This document shows, one piece after another, positions 27,501 through 38,817 of a stretch of DNA of 64,000 nucleotides. Numbering within the stretch: position 1 is the stretch's first letter; every line of letters begins with the position of its first letter. The stretch spans positions 1,822-65,821 of the forward strand of contig JBAXXL010000020.1 in the NCBI GenBank assembly GCA_037127915.1, written 5' to 3'. This DNA is from a bacterium (lineage in GTDB: Bacteria; Bacteroidota; Ignavibacteria; Kapaibacteriales; UBA2268). Made by a program: the position numbers and the translations under genes. The notes beneath the pieces are model-generated. The model did no database searches, had not been told where the DNA came from, and saw only the letters and a program-made list of their open reading frames with translations.

Positions 27501-29441
27501 GGTAAATTAGATGATAATTGTTTACCGCTCGGTTCTGAGAAATATGCAAATACAAAATATATAAGTACACAACCTGTTATTTATATGAAAGGAAATCCTT
27601 TAGGAATTCCATATACCACTACTTTAACAATTAACAATTCAGAATTCAAAAACATAAGTATCAATGCCACTGACGTTAGGATTCCTTTCCCTATTTTCAA
27701 ATCGGGTTTCTATACCGAAAGCCGTCACGCAAATCCATATTTCAATTTTGACTTTTTGATTTCGATTAATTATGATAGATGTCAGAATTACAATCCTCAA
27801 ATCAACCGTCTTGTTATGTTTGATAGTTGCCAATTTATTGACAGTTCAACTATTGAAAGATTTCCTTCAGAACCTGACAATTGGAATAAATTCATTTACA
27901 GAACCGGTGGTGTTTTACTAAATGATTGCGAATATGTAAGATTCAACGTCTGTGATTTCAAAAGGCTTGAATATGGTATAACGGCAAACAATTCCATCCA
28001 AATGGATATCTATACCAGTAAATTTGATACTTGCGGAATAGGTGATTATGCCTTTGCAACTGGAACTTTACTTTGCGAGAATAAATACAACATTGTGCAA
28101 TATGGCAGTTTTAGAGATAATGCATTCGATGGCAAAGCATTTAATAATAATTATACACGTTCTCGTTTTTCATATTACGCTATTAATAGTGGTGAGCAAA
28201 GATTCCGAGGAAATACATTTGATCAATATTATAGAGCAGTTTCGAGCGAGAATACCAAAATTATTATGCAAACGATTATTGAAGATAATATGCAAAAAAT
28301 CTATGGGATGAATGATTTTAAGTTTGATCAAATTATTAGTTTAGCAAACTACAATAATAAATTCATCACAAAAGATTGCGAAATTGATACTACTAATCAT
28401 AAAGAAAATGCCGCGGCTGATGTTTTTACAAATGGTAAGATTTTTGATTTAAATGTAGAATGTGGTCATAATAGATTTTCAGAATTCGCGCCATATCATA
28501 TATTAAATTTAGTTCCGGGTAATCCTTTCTTAAATATTAAGATTAATGCTTTTCGCCCCCCTATGGTGCCACCAAGAATTTCAGGAATTATTCCATTTTA
28601 CAATGGGAATCTTGTTCTTCTTAATGAGTCTCAATGGATTCAGGATACATTACATCCTCAATATCCCGGCTTATGTTGCGGTGATAAAACAGATTCAGTT
28701 ATGAATGATATTTGTACAGAAAATGTTTATGCAAATTACGAGTGTATTGATGGTAGTGAAAGCGGTGAAGGCGGTCAGTTATTTTTAACCGAATTATCTT
28801 CATATACTATTGATGAAAATTTAATTAATAGTGCAACACAGAATAAAATAATTGCTTTATCTTCATATTTATCAGAATCAGGCAACAAGAAGGATTTGTT
28901 ACTAAAATTGAAAAATGAACTTAAGCAAACAAACTTAGTTCCTCAGAAGGATAAAGAATTAGCACGATTATGTATTGATTTAAAATTATTGGATTCGATT
29001 AATATAAATGATTATGAAACAGATTATGTAGATAATTTGATATTCAAGCATAATATTTATCGCAAAAACAATAAAAACGATTTACAAAGTATGGGCTATA
29101 TGTCAATGCTGTCATTTTTGAGTAATCGTTATGATAAGGGTTGTAACGATGGCATTAATTATATAAATGAAAGCACAGAAAGCAATTTAAATATTGTTAG
29201 TATAGTACCTAATCCTACAACTGATATTGCAACACTTACATTTACTGTATCTGACGCAAATGCAGTTGATATAATCATTTCAGATATACAAGGTAATACT
29301 GTTTTAAAAGAAACAACATTCCCAACATCTAACAATAATACTTACAAAATCAACTCTAAAAATATGAGTCCAGGAGTTTACTTAGTAACACTTTCCTCAA
29401 ACGGTCATCGAGTAACTGACAAACTAATAGTAGTTAAATAA
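24555..29441 (+). CDS. T9SS-secreted subtilisin-like serine peptidase (S8 family) with a large C-terminal extension, 1628 aa
   Basis: Signal peptide, then the shared N-domain. Subtilase motifs are GTSMSGPFVAG (Ser), VVVASAGND (Asn), and candidate His (GDNHGLYTTSNA) and Asp (IKIAFSDV) motifs. The C-terminus (VPNPTTDIATLTF...SPGVYLVTLSSNGHRVTDKLIVVK) is a T9SS CTD. Confidence 0.7.
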   Translation: MRREIIILALMAILGILTSLKAQPKVDNNCLEMIYPNDYHKEWNEEWKKWDWEGSINLDSIKIDTCKDSPTFGKRFAKKYFIIQFMKNQYPFDKGLDTGETRGYNYISNTKPELKEKFKKLEEKFGKFYFKGLDKKLTEKMILFNPKCRIYFDDYKCIDDIVQYIKMNFSSVKNIKFQNRSIILLTVPNDKALRQNLSGSSIHSALDFFPRHWKHSGFQSEIYEMKSPLAWEITMGKPQIKIAFSDVFIFPTIHPDVYPNHETPSSGDGIEEYDQLGDNHGLYTTSNAVALANNNYPMVGSAPKCHALSIYYEINNVSDADADGLINERKLFPDVRNCSYGSNNLRRVSRLLPNDIDSGIVVVASAGNDRTCLNGAYHAASQILPDGSIRFIPTTVFPAATVFADPLYPTDATKDYRPIAVGATKSGILKNMNCDLWENGVNDSANYSNQIQFRDIYNFSPDVNKFDINSDIVKYRDSITLDTLYFYSRQLAKEKAFVDVVAPGDGIVCADGADDYTMKSGTSMSGPFVAGICGLMLSVNKFMGVPLTLPVDSLYTKPICGTDVQRKAYDIITFTAKKIPDFENFTRGALIQHGTEHYLSYQFYDGRPYQYEYVTQWNDKLKRSWAQRVGFGLVDAYRAVAHSIRQKGQYVYTIGTTNYNLPMYFDNGVLPTPDPRGYFNPDSIRIMHWGSQVNEGNLEFELANWRGQTSGNDGIYNVLDWGGASLPNETHNNQGVTRINSDDPAFRRHITVQDSSILAIDGILISDQPTACHYVTTSSTDTSESVILMEGLIKNVEITGNLKIGDLIIESSIDNGIGGVPGCVGFSSQLENNYGEIYGEVFVNNKALLYAWSNLKTQPGSFIHLNGEKDMYLYGTSIMTMRNNSGIDGLEDRKIVVTAQAELFIEDSAIVDIDCEINVLAGGKLTLGTKAVAKIKKLNIEAGATVTVPSGAVMALKDPEHIVNGNFYVGNAPSLHGTAKVIGKLDDNCLPLGSEKYANTKYISTQPVIYMKGNPLGIPYTTTLTINNSEFKNISINATDVRIPFPIFKSGFYTESRHANPYFNFDFLISINYDRCQNYNPQINRLVMFDSCQFIDSSTIERFPSEPDNWNKFIYRTGGVLLNDCEYVRFNVCDFKRLEYGITANNSIQMDIYTSKFDTCGIGDYAFATGTLLCENKYNIVQYGSFRDNAFDGKAFNNNYTRSRFSYYAINSGEQRFRGNTFDQYYRAVSSENTKIIMQTIIEDNMQKIYGMNDFKFDQIISLANYNNKFITKDCEIDTTNHKENAAADVFTNGKIFDLNVECGHNRFSEFAPYHILNLVPGNPFLNIKINAFRPPMVPPRISGIIPFYNGNLVLLNESQWIQDTLHPQYPGLCCGDKTDSVMNDICTENVYANYECIDGSESGEGGQLFLTELSSYTIDENLINSATQNKIIALSSYLSESGNKKDLLLKLKNELKQTNLVPQKDKELARLCIDLKLLDSININDYETDYVDNLIFKHNIYRKNNKNDLQSMGYMSMLSFLSNRYDKGCNDGINYINESTESNLNIVSIVPNPTTDIATLTFTVSDANAVDIIISDIQGNTVLKETTFPTSNNNTYKINSKNMSPGVYLVTLSSNGHRVTDKLIVVK

Positions 29442-29446
29442 AAATC

Positions 29447-29475
29447 AGGCGGGTTAATCCCCGCCTTTTTTTTGG
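29447..29475 (+). terminator. Rho-independent terminator after the S8 peptidase gene
   Basis: aggcggg-ttaat-cccgcct followed by tttttttt. A degenerate family-C palindrome follows at 29481-29515. Confidence 0.75.
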
Positions 29476-29717
29476 TTTTTTATCATCCGATGCCTGCAAG
29501 TCATCGAATGAATCAGTAAATTTTGCAAATAAATGGGTTATTTCGAGCCATAAAGTGTGAAATGAAATTCACAAAATGGATTATTTTCGCAAAAAAGCAC
29601 TTTAATTTAATAATATATAAAAAAAAAAGAAATATAATTTGGTAGTTGTGGAAAAAAAGTTTATTTTTGAATTCTCTATTTATGAGATTATAAGAAAAAT
29701 ATATTTGAGGATTAGAC

Positions 29718-30107
29718 GTGCCAACTATAAGTCAGTTAATTAGAAAAGGCAGAAAGAAAATAGTAAAGAAGAGTAAATCGGTAGCTTTAAAGAATTGTCC
29801 GCAACGCCGCGGCGTCTGTACCAGAGTTTACACTACAACGCCTAAAAAGCCGAATTCAGCTTTGCGTAAAGTAGCACGTGTAAGATTAACAACGGGCATC
29901 GAAGTAACTGCTTATATTCCGGGCGAAGGTCACAATCTTCAAGAGCATAGCTTGGTATTTGTACGCGGTGGCAGGGTAAAGGATTTACCTGGTGTTCGTT
30001 ATCACATCATACGTGGTACCGCTGATACTCAAGGCGTAGAAAAAAGAAACCAAGGCCGTTCGAAATACGGAACAAAACGACCTAAGAAAACTGTTGTAAA
30101 AAAATAA
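29718..30107 (+). CDS. rpsL: 30S ribosomal protein S12 (GTG start)
   Basis: [11 protein letters not shown]...[16 protein letters not shown]. Unmistakable S12. Confidence 0.95.
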   Translation: MPTISQLIRKGRKKIVKKSKSVALKNCPQRRGVCTRVYTTTPKKPNSALRKVARVRLTTGIEVTAYIPGEGHNLQEHSLVFVRGGRVKDLPGVRYHIIRGTADTQGVEKRNQGRSKYGTKRPKKTVVKK

Positions 30108-30122
30108 TTTGAAAAGAGCGAT

Positions 30123-30590
30123 ATGAGAAAAAGAAGAGCAGAAAAGAGACAACTGATTCCGGATATCAAATATAACGATATCTTAGTATCTCGTTTTGTT
30201 AATAACATAATGTTAGACGGAAAAAAATCGACAGCTCAAAGTATAGTTTATGATGCATTTAATATAATTGCAGAAAAAATGAAAGAAGAACCATTGGACG
30301 TGTTTAAAAAAGCATTATCAAATGCGGCACCTTTAATGGAAGTCCGTTCTCATCGTGTTGGTGGCGCCACTTATCAAGTGCCTGTTGACGTTCGCGATGA
30401 TAGACGCATAGCTCTTTCAATAAGATGGATAAAGAACTACGCTTTAGCACGCAGAGAAAAAACTATGGCAGAAAGAGTTGCCGGAGAATTAATGAGTGCG
30501 GCTAAGGGCGAAGGTTCAGCAGTAAAAAAACGTGAAGATACCCACAGAATGGCAGAAGCCAATAAGGCTTTCGCGCATTTCAAATGGTAA
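30123..30590 (+). CDS. rpsG: 30S ribosomal protein S7
   Basis: Position within the str operon and the conserved S7 sequence, 155 aa. Confidence 0.95.
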   Translation: MRKRRAEKRQLIPDIKYNDILVSRFVNNIMLDGKKSTAQSIVYDAFNIIAEKMKEEPLDVFKKALSNAAPLMEVRSHRVGGATYQVPVDVRDDRRIALSIRWIKNYALARREKTMAERVAGELMSAAKGEGSAVKKREDTHRMAEANKAFAHFKW

Positions 30591-30639
30591 CAAATAGTAA
30601 ATTGATAGTTCTTTGTAAACTAACAAACCTGACCAATTA

Positions 30640-32688
30640 ATGCAACCGGATGTTGACATATCGAAACTGAGGAACATCGGTATAATTGCTCACATTGATG
30701 CAGGCAAAACCACCACTACTGAGCGGATACTATTTTATTCAGGATACCTGCATAAGATAGGCGAAGTAGATGACGGAACGGCCTTCATGGATTATATGGA
30801 GCAAGAGCGGGAACGAGGAATAACGATTACCTCGGCGGCGACAACTTGTCATTGGAAAGAGTTTCAAATTAATATAATTGATACTCCCGGACATGTTGAT
30901 TTCACAGCCGAAGTACAGCGTTCTCTTAGAGTTTTGGACGGAGCAGTAGGTGTTTTTTGTGCTGTAGGAGGTGTGGAACCTCAAAGCGAAACTGTTTGGT
31001 ATCAAGCAGACCAGTATAAAGTTCCACGGATAGCCTACATCAATAAGATGGATAGAATGGGAGCAGATTTCATTCGCGCCGTCGAAATGATAAAAAGCAA
31101 ATTAAAATCCAACGCTGTACCGGTTCAATTACCGATAGGAGCGGCAGACACTTTTAAAGGTATAATAGACCTTGTGAAAATGAAAGCCTTATACTTTGAC
31201 CCGGATTCTCGCGGAATTGATATCGAAGAAGCAGATATTCCAAGTGAATATTTAGACGAAGCTGAAGAATATAGAGCTTTGATGATAGAAGCCGCGGCAG
31301 AGAATAGCGATGAATTACTCGAAAAGTATTTAACAGATGGTGAATTGGCAAATGACGATATAATGTTGGGTATAAGACAAGGTGTTTTAGCAGGGAAAAT
31401 GGTACCTGTGTTCTGCGGTTCTTCTTTTAAAGATATAGGAGTCCAACCGCTCGTGGATGCAATAGTAGATTATCTGCCTTCACCTGAAGATATTAAAGTA
31501 GTAAAAGGCTTTTCCGCCGAAGATCACGAAAAAGTGATTGTCCGTAATATGGACAGCGATGAAAGTTTTTCCGCTTTAGCATTTAAAGTCTTAACCGACC
31601 CGTATGTCGGGAAATTGATATTCATTCGAATTTATTCCGGAGTAATGGAATTAGGCAAGTCCTACGAAAATATGACCGCAATGAAGAAAGAACGAATAAT
31701 GAAGATTTTCCGGATACATTCAAATAAAAGAGATGAACTTCAGTACGCTGGAGCCGGCGAGATAATCGCCGTCCCAACTTTGAGATTCACTCATACAGGT
31801 GACACACTTTGCGATAGCAAAGCACCTATATTATATGAAAAAATCGAATTTGCCGAACCGGTAATAAACCAGTCTTTGGAAGCGCGCACTTTAGCCGATC
31901 AAGAAAAAATGCTTGATGTGCTAGCACGTTTAGCGGATGAAGATCCAACATTCAGATTCAAAACAGATGACGAAAGCGGACAAATAATCATCAGCGGCGT
32001 TGGCGAACTTCACTTAGAAATAATGGTAGATAGGTTACTTAGAGAATTTAAAGTACCTGCGCGAGTAGGGCGTCCACAAGTAGCATATCGAGAAAAACCG
32101 GCAACAATAGCAAAAGATTCCGCGGTTTTCGAAAATCAAATAGCAGGGAAGCTACAGCACGGAGACGTTACTGTAGAAATCTCACCTGGTGATAACGGAA
32201 GCGGAATAGTCATAGAAAACAAAATTCAAACAAATAAACTTCCTGAAGAATTTGCAAAAAGTATTCAAGAAGGTGTTGAAGAAGCATTGAAAGTCGGTCC
32301 GCAAGGATATCCGATGCTCGATGTTAAGGTTAGGTTACTAGACGCTGGATATTTAGTCGGGACTTCGACAAATTTAGGATTTAAAATAGCGGGCACAATA
32401 GCGGTAAAGAATGCCAGCCGCCAAGCCGGTTCGACTATTTTGGAACCATACTTTAAAGTAGAAGTTATTTCCCCTGATGAATATACAGGAGATATTATAG
32501 CGGACATCAACTCTCGTCGCGGACGAATCGAGAATATCGAATATCGCGGGACGATGCAGGTGATACAAGCAGTGACTCCATTGTCAGAAATGTTCGGATA
32601 TGTAACGAAACTTCGCTCTTTGAGCCAAGGCCGAGCAGTTTACACAATGAAGTTCTCACACTACGAGTCTGCGATAATAACAAATTAA
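30640..32688 (+). CDS. fusA: Elongation factor G
   Basis: [26 protein letters not shown], 682 aa, located between rpsG and tuf. Confidence 0.95.
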   Translation: MQPDVDISKLRNIGIIAHIDAGKTTTTERILFYSGYLHKIGEVDDGTAFMDYMEQERERGITITSAATTCHWKEFQINIIDTPGHVDFTAEVQRSLRVLDGAVGVFCAVGGVEPQSETVWYQADQYKVPRIAYINKMDRMGADFIRAVEMIKSKLKSNAVPVQLPIGAADTFKGIIDLVKMKALYFDPDSRGIDIEEADIPSEYLDEAEEYRALMIEAAAENSDELLEKYLTDGELANDDIMLGIRQGVLAGKMVPVFCGSSFKDIGVQPLVDAIVDYLPSPEDIKVVKGFSAEDHEKVIVRNMDSDESFSALAFKVLTDPYVGKLIFIRIYSGVMELGKSYENMTAMKKERIMKIFRIHSNKRDELQYAGAGEIIAVPTLRFTHTGDTLCDSKAPILYEKIEFAEPVINQSLEARTLADQEKMLDVLARLADEDPTFRFKTDDESGQIIISGVGELHLEIMVDRLLREFKVPARVGRPQVAYREKPATIAKDSAVFENQIAGKLQHGDVTVEISPGDNGSGIVIENKIQTNKLPEEFAKSIQEGVEEALKVGPQGYPMLDVKVRLLDAGYLVGTSTNLGFKIAGTIAVKNASRQAGSTILEPYFKVEVISPDEYTGDIIADINSRRGRIENIEYRGTMQVIQAVTPLSEMFGYVTKLRSLSQGRAVYTMKFSHYESAIITN

Positions 32689-32755
32689 TATATTTAAATA
32701 TTTTTTTGTATTTAGTATTTTTTAAATATAAATTTTTCTCTAATGGAGCGTTATA

Positions 32756-33964
32756 ATGGCAAAAGTAAAATATGATCGTTCAAAACCACACGTAAACGTT
32801 GGTACTATAGGACACGTAGATCATGGTAAAACAACACTAACAGCCGCAATTACAGGTGCTTTAGCTTTGAAAGGTGGCGCAGAAATGCGTTCTTTCGACT
32901 CTATTGATAATGCACCTGAAGAAAAAGCTCGTGGCATAACAATTGCTACAGCACACGTAGAATATGAAACAGCAAACCGTCACTACGCACACGTAGATTG
33001 TCCGGGCCATGCTGATTATATCAAAAACATGATTACAGGTGCCGCTCAAATGGACGGTGCAATTGTAGTCTGCGCCGCAACAGACGGACCAATGCCTCAA
33101 ACACGTGAGCATATCTTATTAGCTCGCCAAGTTGAAGTACCTCGTCTAGTTGTATTTATGAATAAAGTTGATATCGCAGATCCTGAACTATTAGAATTAG
33201 TAGAGATGGAATTACGCGAATTGTTAACATTCTATTCATTCCCTGGTGACGAAATTCCAATCATTCCTGGTTCCGCTTTAAAAGCTTTGGATGCAGTATC
33301 TGATCCTTCATGTACCGTTGATAACCCAGATTTGAAATGCGTTTATGATCTTATGGATGCAGTAGATGAATATATTCCGATCCCAATGCGCGACGTTGAC
33401 AAACCTTTCCTAATGCCTGTTGAGGATGTATTCTCAATTACAGGTCGTGGAACTGTTGGAACCGGTCGTATTGAACGCGGTATTGTAAAAGTTAACGAAG
33501 AAGTTGAAATCGTTGGTTTCGGACTTCATAAAAAATCGGTTTGTACAGGCGTTGAAATGTTCCGTAAATTATTAGACGAAGGTCGCGCAGGCGATAACGT
33601 AGGTCTTTTATTACGTGGCGTTGCAAAAGACGAAATCGAACGTGGTATGGTTATTGCCAAACCAGGTTCAATCAAACCACATCATAAATTTGATGCCCAA
33701 GTCTATGTGTTAGGAAAAGATGAAGGTGGCCGTCATACACCATTCTTTAATGGTTACCGTCCACAATTTTACTTCCGTACAACAGACGTAACAGGCTCAT
33801 TGATGTTACCTGAAGGTATCGAAATGGTTATGCCTGGTGATAACTTAGACAAAATAGCAATCGAATTAATAACTCCAATCGCTATGGAAGAAGGTTTACA
33901 TTTCGCTATTCGCGAAGGTGGCCGTACAGTTGGCGCTGGTGTTGTAACAAAGATTCACGAATAA
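32756..33964 (+). CDS. tuf: Elongation factor Tu
   Basis: [27 protein letters not shown], 402 aa. Confidence 0.97.
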   Translation: MAKVKYDRSKPHVNVGTIGHVDHGKTTLTAAITGALALKGGAEMRSFDSIDNAPEEKARGITIATAHVEYETANRHYAHVDCPGHADYIKNMITGAAQMDGAIVVCAATDGPMPQTREHILLARQVEVPRLVVFMNKVDIADPELLELVEMELRELLTFYSFPGDEIPIIPGSALKALDAVSDPSCTVDNPDLKCVYDLMDAVDEYIPIPMRDVDKPFLMPVEDVFSITGRGTVGTGRIERGIVKVNEEVEIVGFGLHKKSVCTGVEMFRKLLDEGRAGDNVGLLLRGVAKDEIERGMVIAKPGSIKPHHKFDAQVYVLGKDEGGRHTPFFNGYRPQFYFRTTDVTGSLMLPEGIEMVMPGDNLDKIAIELITPIAMEEGLHFAIREGGRTVGAGVVTKIHE

Positions 33965-33974
33965 TATAAATATA

Positions 33975-34014
33975 TGCCGAGAGTATAAAATATTACTTTC
34001 GGCAAGTTTATTTT
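33975..34014 (+). terminator. Hairpin (ccgagagt...actttcgg) plus T-tract between tuf and rpsJ, a terminator or attenuator-like structure
   Basis: An imperfect 8-bp stem followed by caagtttatttttt. Confidence 0.35.
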
Positions 34015-34029
34015 TTGAGGGAAAATAAC

Positions 34030-34338
34030 GTGGCAGTACAAAAGATCAGAATTAAGCTAAAAGCATATGATCCAAAATTAATTGATAAATCGTCGGAAAG
34101 AATAGTACGCACTGTGATTTCAACAGGTGCGGTTGTTTCAGGACCAATACCATTACCGACTAAACGTACAGTGTACACGGTAAACCGTTCACCACACGTT
34201 GATAAAAAGTCTCGTGAGCAGTTTGAAACAAGAGTACATAAACGTTTAATCGACATTTTGAGTTCAACTCAAAAAACAGTAGATGCGTTAATGAAGCTTG
34301 AGTTACCGGCTGGTGTTGATGTTGAAGTAAAGGTCTAA
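34030..34338 (+). CDS. rpsJ: 30S ribosomal protein S10 (GTG start; the ORF track's TTG at 34015 is probably too far upstream)
   Basis: [14 protein letters not shown] matches the canonical S10 N-terminus. A GAGGG motif lies 8 nt upstream of the GTG. Confidence 0.9.
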   Translation: MAVQKIRIKLKAYDPKLIDKSSERIVRTVISTGAVVSGPIPLPTKRTVYTVNRSPHVDKKSREQFETRVHKRLIDILSSTQKTVDALMKLELPAGVDVEVKV

Positions 34339-34350
34339 CGGGAGAACAAG

Positions 34351-34971
34351 ATGAGGGCTGCTTTAATAGGCAAAAAAATTGGAATGACAAGTTTATTTAC
34401 CGAAGCCGGCGTAAGAATCCCATGTACAGTAATAGAAGCAGGACCATGTGCTGTAACTATCAAACGTACGATGGAACGCGATGGCTACACTGCAATCCAA
34501 ATAGGATACGGCGAAATAGCTGAGCGTAAAGTAAATAAACCGGAAAAAGGTCTTTTCGATAAAGTCGGTATTAAACCGTTACGTCATTTAAAAGAATTTC
34601 GTAATCCAGAAAAAGAATACGAAGTAGGCGACGAGTTAACAGTAACTGACTTCGAAAAAGGCGATAAAGTAAAAATAACAGGTAAGAGCAAAGGACGCGG
34701 TTTTCAAGGTGTTGTAAAACGCCACGGATTTGCCGGCGTCGGTATGCAAACTCACGGTCAAAAAGATCGTCAAAGACACCCTGGCTCAGTAGGTCAATCA
34801 TCCTATCCATCACGAGTATTGAAAGGTACAAGAATGGGCGGACGTATGGGTGGCACAAAAGTATCAGTGAATAATTTAGAAATAATAGAAATTATTGCAG
34901 ATAGAAACTTGATTTTATTAAAGGGCTGTGTCCCAGGCGCACCTAATTCATTAATAGAAATAGTTAAATAG
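34351..34971 (+). CDS. rplC: 50S ribosomal protein L3
   Basis: Operon position and conserved L3 sequence. Confidence 0.93.
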   Translation: MRAALIGKKIGMTSLFTEAGVRIPCTVIEAGPCAVTIKRTMERDGYTAIQIGYGEIAERKVNKPEKGLFDKVGIKPLRHLKEFRNPEKEYEVGDELTVTDFEKGDKVKITGKSKGRGFQGVVKRHGFAGVGMQTHGQKDRQRHPGSVGQSSYPSRVLKGTRMGGRMGGTKVSVNNLEIIEIIADRNLILLKGCVPGAPNSLIEIVK

Positions 34972-34978
34972 GCTGAAA

Positions 34979-35605
34979 ATGCTTGTAGATATATATACGA
35001 AAGACGGAAATAAGTCAGGTCAGATTGAACTAGCAGAAAATGTATTTGCTGTTGAACCTAATGAACACGCAATGCACTTGTCGGTGGTTACTTATTTATT
35101 TAACCAAAGACAAGGAACTCGCAAGACTAAAATTAGATCGGAAGTTTCTGGCGGCGGTAAAAAACCTTGGAAGCAAAAAGGTAGAGGAACAGCACGTTCC
35201 GGTTCGTCACGCTCACCTATATGGGTAGGCGGCGGAACGATTCATGGACCAAAACCTCAGGATTATTCAAGAAAACTACCTAAGAAATTGAAACAACTAG
35301 CAAGAAAATCTGCTTTATCACTGAGACTGAGTGAAAACAATTTAATCGTTGTCGAAGACTTTACATTTGATGGGATTAAAACAAAAAGTATGGCTGAAGT
35401 GTTGAAAAACTTAAACTTATCAGGTGTAAAAACATTGGTAATGATGGGTAAAACTGATGAAAATATATATTTGTCAGGACGCAACATTCCAAAATTGGAA
35501 CTACAACCATACGATAAAATATCTACTTACGATATTTTAAATCATAGGAAGATATTGCTGTTCAAAGAAGCGGCAGTAAAAATTAATGAAGCTTTCAATA
35601 ATTAA
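34979..35605 (+). CDS. rplD: 50S ribosomal protein L4
   Basis: Operon position and L4 sequence. Confidence 0.93.
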   Translation: MLVDIYTKDGNKSGQIELAENVFAVEPNEHAMHLSVVTYLFNQRQGTRKTKIRSEVSGGGKKPWKQKGRGTARSGSSRSPIWVGGGTIHGPKPQDYSRKLPKKLKQLARKSALSLRLSENNLIVVEDFTFDGIKTKSMAEVLKNLNLSGVKTLVMMGKTDENIYLSGRNIPKLELQPYDKISTYDILNHRKILLFKEAAVKINEAFNN

Positions 35606-35628
35606 CGGGCAAGTAGGAGTAATAGAAA

Positions 35629-35934
35629 ATGATAGATATAATAAAACGCCCGATAATAACAGAAAAAGCTATGAAACTTGCTTCATTACGTCAGTATGTT
35701 TTCGAAGTAACGAGAGAATCTAACAAGATTCAAATCAAAAAAGCTCTCGAAGAATATTTTGAAGTAGAGATTCAAAGCGTAAGAACATGTATTATTAAAG
35801 GCAAAAAGAAAGTAAGAATGACTCGTCGCGGTATGCAAAAAGGCCATACAGCAACTATAAAAAAAGCATATATTACTTTAAAGCCAGGTTTTGAAATAGA
35901 ATTGGTATCAGGAGCTGGTAGCTCTGAAGACTAA
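35629..35934 (+). CDS. rplW: 50S ribosomal protein L23
   Basis: Operon position and L23 sequence. Confidence 0.9.
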   Translation: MIDIIKRPIITEKAMKLASLRQYVFEVTRESNKIQIKKALEEYFEVEIQSVRTCIIKGKKKVRMTRRGMQKGHTATIKKAYITLKPGFEIELVSGAGSSED

Positions 35935-35959
35935 TTGTTAATTAATTGAAGAAAGAAAA

Positions 35960-36802
35960 ATGGGTATTAGACAATTAAAACCAATGACTCCGGGAACAAG
36001 ATTTTATTCAGTTAGTTCTTTTGAAGAAATAACAACTGATAAACCTTTCAAGAAACTCGTAGTTCCTTTGAAAAAATCCGGCGGTAGAAATAATACCGGT
36101 AGAATAACTTCACGTCACCGTGGTGGTGGACATAAACGCCGCTATAGAATAATAGACTTTAAACGCGATAAACGCGGAATGAAAGCTGTAGTTAAAACAA
36201 TCGAATACGATCCGAATCGTACAGCGCGCATAGCGCTGATGGAATACGAAGATGGTGAGCACAGATATATATTAGCTCCAGACAAAGTAAAAGTCGGTGA
36301 TACGTTATATACCGGACCAGATGCTGAATTTAAAGATGGTAACGCTTTACCATTGAAGAATATACCGGTGGGTTTATTTGTACACAATGTCGAAATGAAA
36401 GTAGGCAAAGGTGGGCAATTAGGTCGCTCAGCCGGAGCAAGTATACAATTAGTAGCATGTGATGCAAAATTTGCTACTTTGAAATTGCCTTCAGGCGAGA
36501 TAAGATTGATACCTTCATTATGCTACGCTACATTAGGTTCGGTCAGTAACGGTGACCACTTTAACATAATGTTGGGTAAAGCAGGCCGTACACGTTGGTT
36601 GGGCATTCGTCCACAAACACGCGGTATGGCTATGAACCCTGTAGATCACCCTATGGGTGGCGGTGAAGGAACATCAAAATCAGGCGGTGGTCGTCAACAT
36701 CCACGTTCACCTTGGGGCAAATATGCCAAAGGGTTGAAAACGAGAAACAAACGTAAACAATCTGATAAATACATCGTACGTAGAAGAAAAAACAATAAAT
36801 AA
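35960..36802 (+). CDS. rplB: 50S ribosomal protein L2
   Basis: GRNN.GRIT.RH.GGGHKR and the conserved L2 C-terminus. Confidence 0.95.
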   Translation: MGIRQLKPMTPGTRFYSVSSFEEITTDKPFKKLVVPLKKSGGRNNTGRITSRHRGGGHKRRYRIIDFKRDKRGMKAVVKTIEYDPNRTARIALMEYEDGEHRYILAPDKVKVGDTLYTGPDAEFKDGNALPLKNIPVGLFVHNVEMKVGKGGQLGRSAGASIQLVACDAKFATLKLPSGEIRLIPSLCYATLGSVSNGDHFNIMLGKAGRTRWLGIRPQTRGMAMNPVDHPMGGGEGTSKSGGGRQHPRSPWGKYAKGLKTRNKRKQSDKYIVRRRKNNK

Positions 36803-36838
36803 TTGAGAATTTTTTTAAAATAATAGCTTATTTACAAT

Positions 36839-37114
36839 ATGTCACGTTCGCTAAAAAAAGGGTTTTTTGTTAGTTATAAACTGCTCGATAAAGTACAAAA
36901 ACTTAATGATTCAAATAAGAAGCAGGTTATAAAAACGTGGTCGCGTGCCTCTACGATCACACCAGACTTTGTAGGGCATACAGTAGCAGTTCATAATGGG
37001 AAGAACTTCATCCCTGTATATGTAACAGAAAATATGGTAGGTCATAAGTTCGGAGAATTCTCGCCAACGAGAATCTTCCGCGGACATGCCGGACATAGAA
37101 AAAAAGGTAAGTAG
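36839..37114 (+). CDS. rpsS: 30S ribosomal protein S19
   Basis: [10 protein letters not shown]...HNGK.F.PV. Confidence 0.95.
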   Translation: MSRSLKKGFFVSYKLLDKVQKLNDSNKKQVIKTWSRASTITPDFVGHTVAVHNGKNFIPVYVTENMVGHKFGEFSPTRIFRGHAGHRKKGK

Positions 37115-37129
37115 CAAGTAGGTAATGGG

Positions 37130-37513
37130 ATGGAAGCAAGAGCTTTAAAAAAACATATTCGGTCGTCTCCACGTAAAATGAGATTAGTAATCGATTTGAT
37201 ACGCGGAAAAAGCGCTCAAGAATCATTGAATATTTTGCGTTTCTCGAATAAATTAGCCGCACGCGATGCTTATCGTGTATTAGATTCTGCAATACACAAT
37301 TTATTGAATAAAGCAGAAGATAAAGAAATCTCGGTAGCTGAAAACGAAATCTTTGTCAAAGAAGTATTTGTGAACTGCGGTCCGGCAATGAAACGTATTC
37401 AACCTGCCCCAATGGGCAGAGCATTTAGAGTTCGAAAACGCTCTAATCATTTAACAATTGTTGTGGCTACACCTCAAAGTGGGGGAGCCGGTATTGATAA
37501 CGAAGATGCATAA
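37130..37513 (+). CDS. rplV: 50S ribosomal protein L22
   Basis: Operon position and L22 sequence. Confidence 0.92.
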   Translation: MEARALKKHIRSSPRKMRLVIDLIRGKSAQESLNILRFSNKLAARDAYRVLDSAIHNLLNKAEDKEISVAENEIFVKEVFVNCGPAMKRIQPAPMGRAFRVRKRSNHLTIVVATPQSGGAGIDNEDA

Positions 37514-37533
37514 TAATATTTAAGGAGTGGACT

Positions 37534-38166
37534 TTGGGACAAAAGACTAACCCAATAGGGCTTAGATTAGGTATTATTCGGAACTGGGACGCAAACTGGT
37601 TCGATGAACGAAATACCGCGGAAAAACTTTCCGAAGATATAAGAGTAAGAAGTTATATCCGTAAAAGAAAGAAAAAAGCCGGAATAGCAAGAATTATTAT
37701 CGAAAGAACAGCGAAACATCTTCGCATAACGATAAATACTTCACGTCCCGGTGTTATAATCGGCCGTTCAGGCAAGGATATAACACAGTTGGAAGAAGAA
37801 TTAAAGAGTTTCACTGGTCGAGAAATAAAAATCTTGATAAGCGAGATAAGACGTCCGGAATTAGAAGCATTATTAGTAGCTGAGAATATAGCACAGCAAT
37901 TGGAAGGAAGAATTTCTTTCCGCCGCGCTATGAAACAATCAGTAGCATCTTCGATGAGAATGGGAGCTGTCGGCATCCGTGTGATGTGCGCCGGACGCCT
38001 TGGTGGAGCAGAAATGGCTCGATCAGAACAATATAAAGAAGGCCGTATTCCACTTCACACTTTGCGCGCTGACATAGATTATGGTACAGCGACCGCCTCT
38101 ACAATCTATGGGCAAATAGGTGTAAAGGTTTGGATTTGCAAAGGCGAAATTATTGGTAATAAATAA
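37534..38166 (+). CDS. rpsC: 30S ribosomal protein S3
   Basis: MGQKTNPIGLRLGI, KH domain. Confidence 0.95.
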   Translation: MGQKTNPIGLRLGIIRNWDANWFDERNTAEKLSEDIRVRSYIRKRKKKAGIARIIIERTAKHLRITINTSRPGVIIGRSGKDITQLEEELKSFTGREIKILISEIRRPELEALLVAENIAQQLEGRISFRRAMKQSVASSMRMGAVGIRVMCAGRLGGAEMARSEQYKEGRIPLHTLRADIDYGTATASTIYGQIGVKVWICKGEIIGNK

Positions 38167-38186
38167 TTTGAAAAAGGTAAAAGAAA

Positions 38187-38618
38187 ATGTTAGCGCCTAA
38201 AAGAGTAAAACGACGTAAAACGCATCGCGGTAGATTGACAGGAAAAGCCTTCCGCGGTTCACTGGTGACATTTGGTTCCTTTGGCTTAAAAGCTTTAGAA
38301 CCGCATTGGATAACAAACCGCCAGATAGAATCCGCGCGTATTGCCATAAACCGTTATCTAAAACGTGATGGTCAAGTATGGATTAGAATATTTCCTGACA
38401 AACCTTACACTAAAAAACCTTTAGAAACTCGTATGGGTAAAGGTAAAGGTTCTCCTGAAGGTTGGGTTGCGGTTGTAAAACCGGGACGCATCTTATTTGA
38501 AGTAGATGGTGTAAGTCGCGAAGCGGCTAAAGAAGCTTTAAGATTAGCTTCCCATAAGCTGCCAATTAAAACAAAATTTGTTACACGAATAGATTTGCAG
38601 TATAATGAAGCCTCATAA
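38187..38618 (+). CDS. rplP: 50S ribosomal protein L16
   Basis: [12 protein letters not shown]. Confidence 0.95.
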   Translation: MLAPKRVKRRKTHRGRLTGKAFRGSLVTFGSFGLKALEPHWITNRQIESARIAINRYLKRDGQVWIRIFPDKPYTKKPLETRMGKGKGSPEGWVAVVKPGRILFEVDGVSREAAKEALRLASHKLPIKTKFVTRIDLQYNEAS

Positions 38619-38817
38619 AGCGAAAGATATCAGAGAATTGACCGACACGGAATTGTCAGTTCTATTAGAAGAAAAACGTGAAACGTTAGCTAAGCAGAGA
38701 TTTCAGCACGCGTTAAAGCAATTGCATGATACTGCTTACCTAAAAATCCTGAAGAAGGATATAGCAAGAATAAACACATTAATAACCGAACGACAAATGT
38801 CAAAGGTAGATGAGTAA
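38605..38817 (+). CDS. rpmC: 50S ribosomal protein L29
   Basis: 70 aa. Its position between rplP and rpsQ supports the call, and its start overlaps the rplP end. Confidence 0.85.
   Translation: MKPHKAKDIRELTDTELSVLLEEKRETLAKQRFQHALKQLHDTAYLKILKKDIARINTLITERQMSKVDE

Noticed and set aside
34015-34029. TTG start extending rpsJ by 5 codons (MRENN)
   Set aside because: The GTG at 34030 gives the canonical S10 N-terminus ([14 protein letters not shown]) and is preceded by a GAGGG ribosome-binding-like motif that would lie inside the extension.
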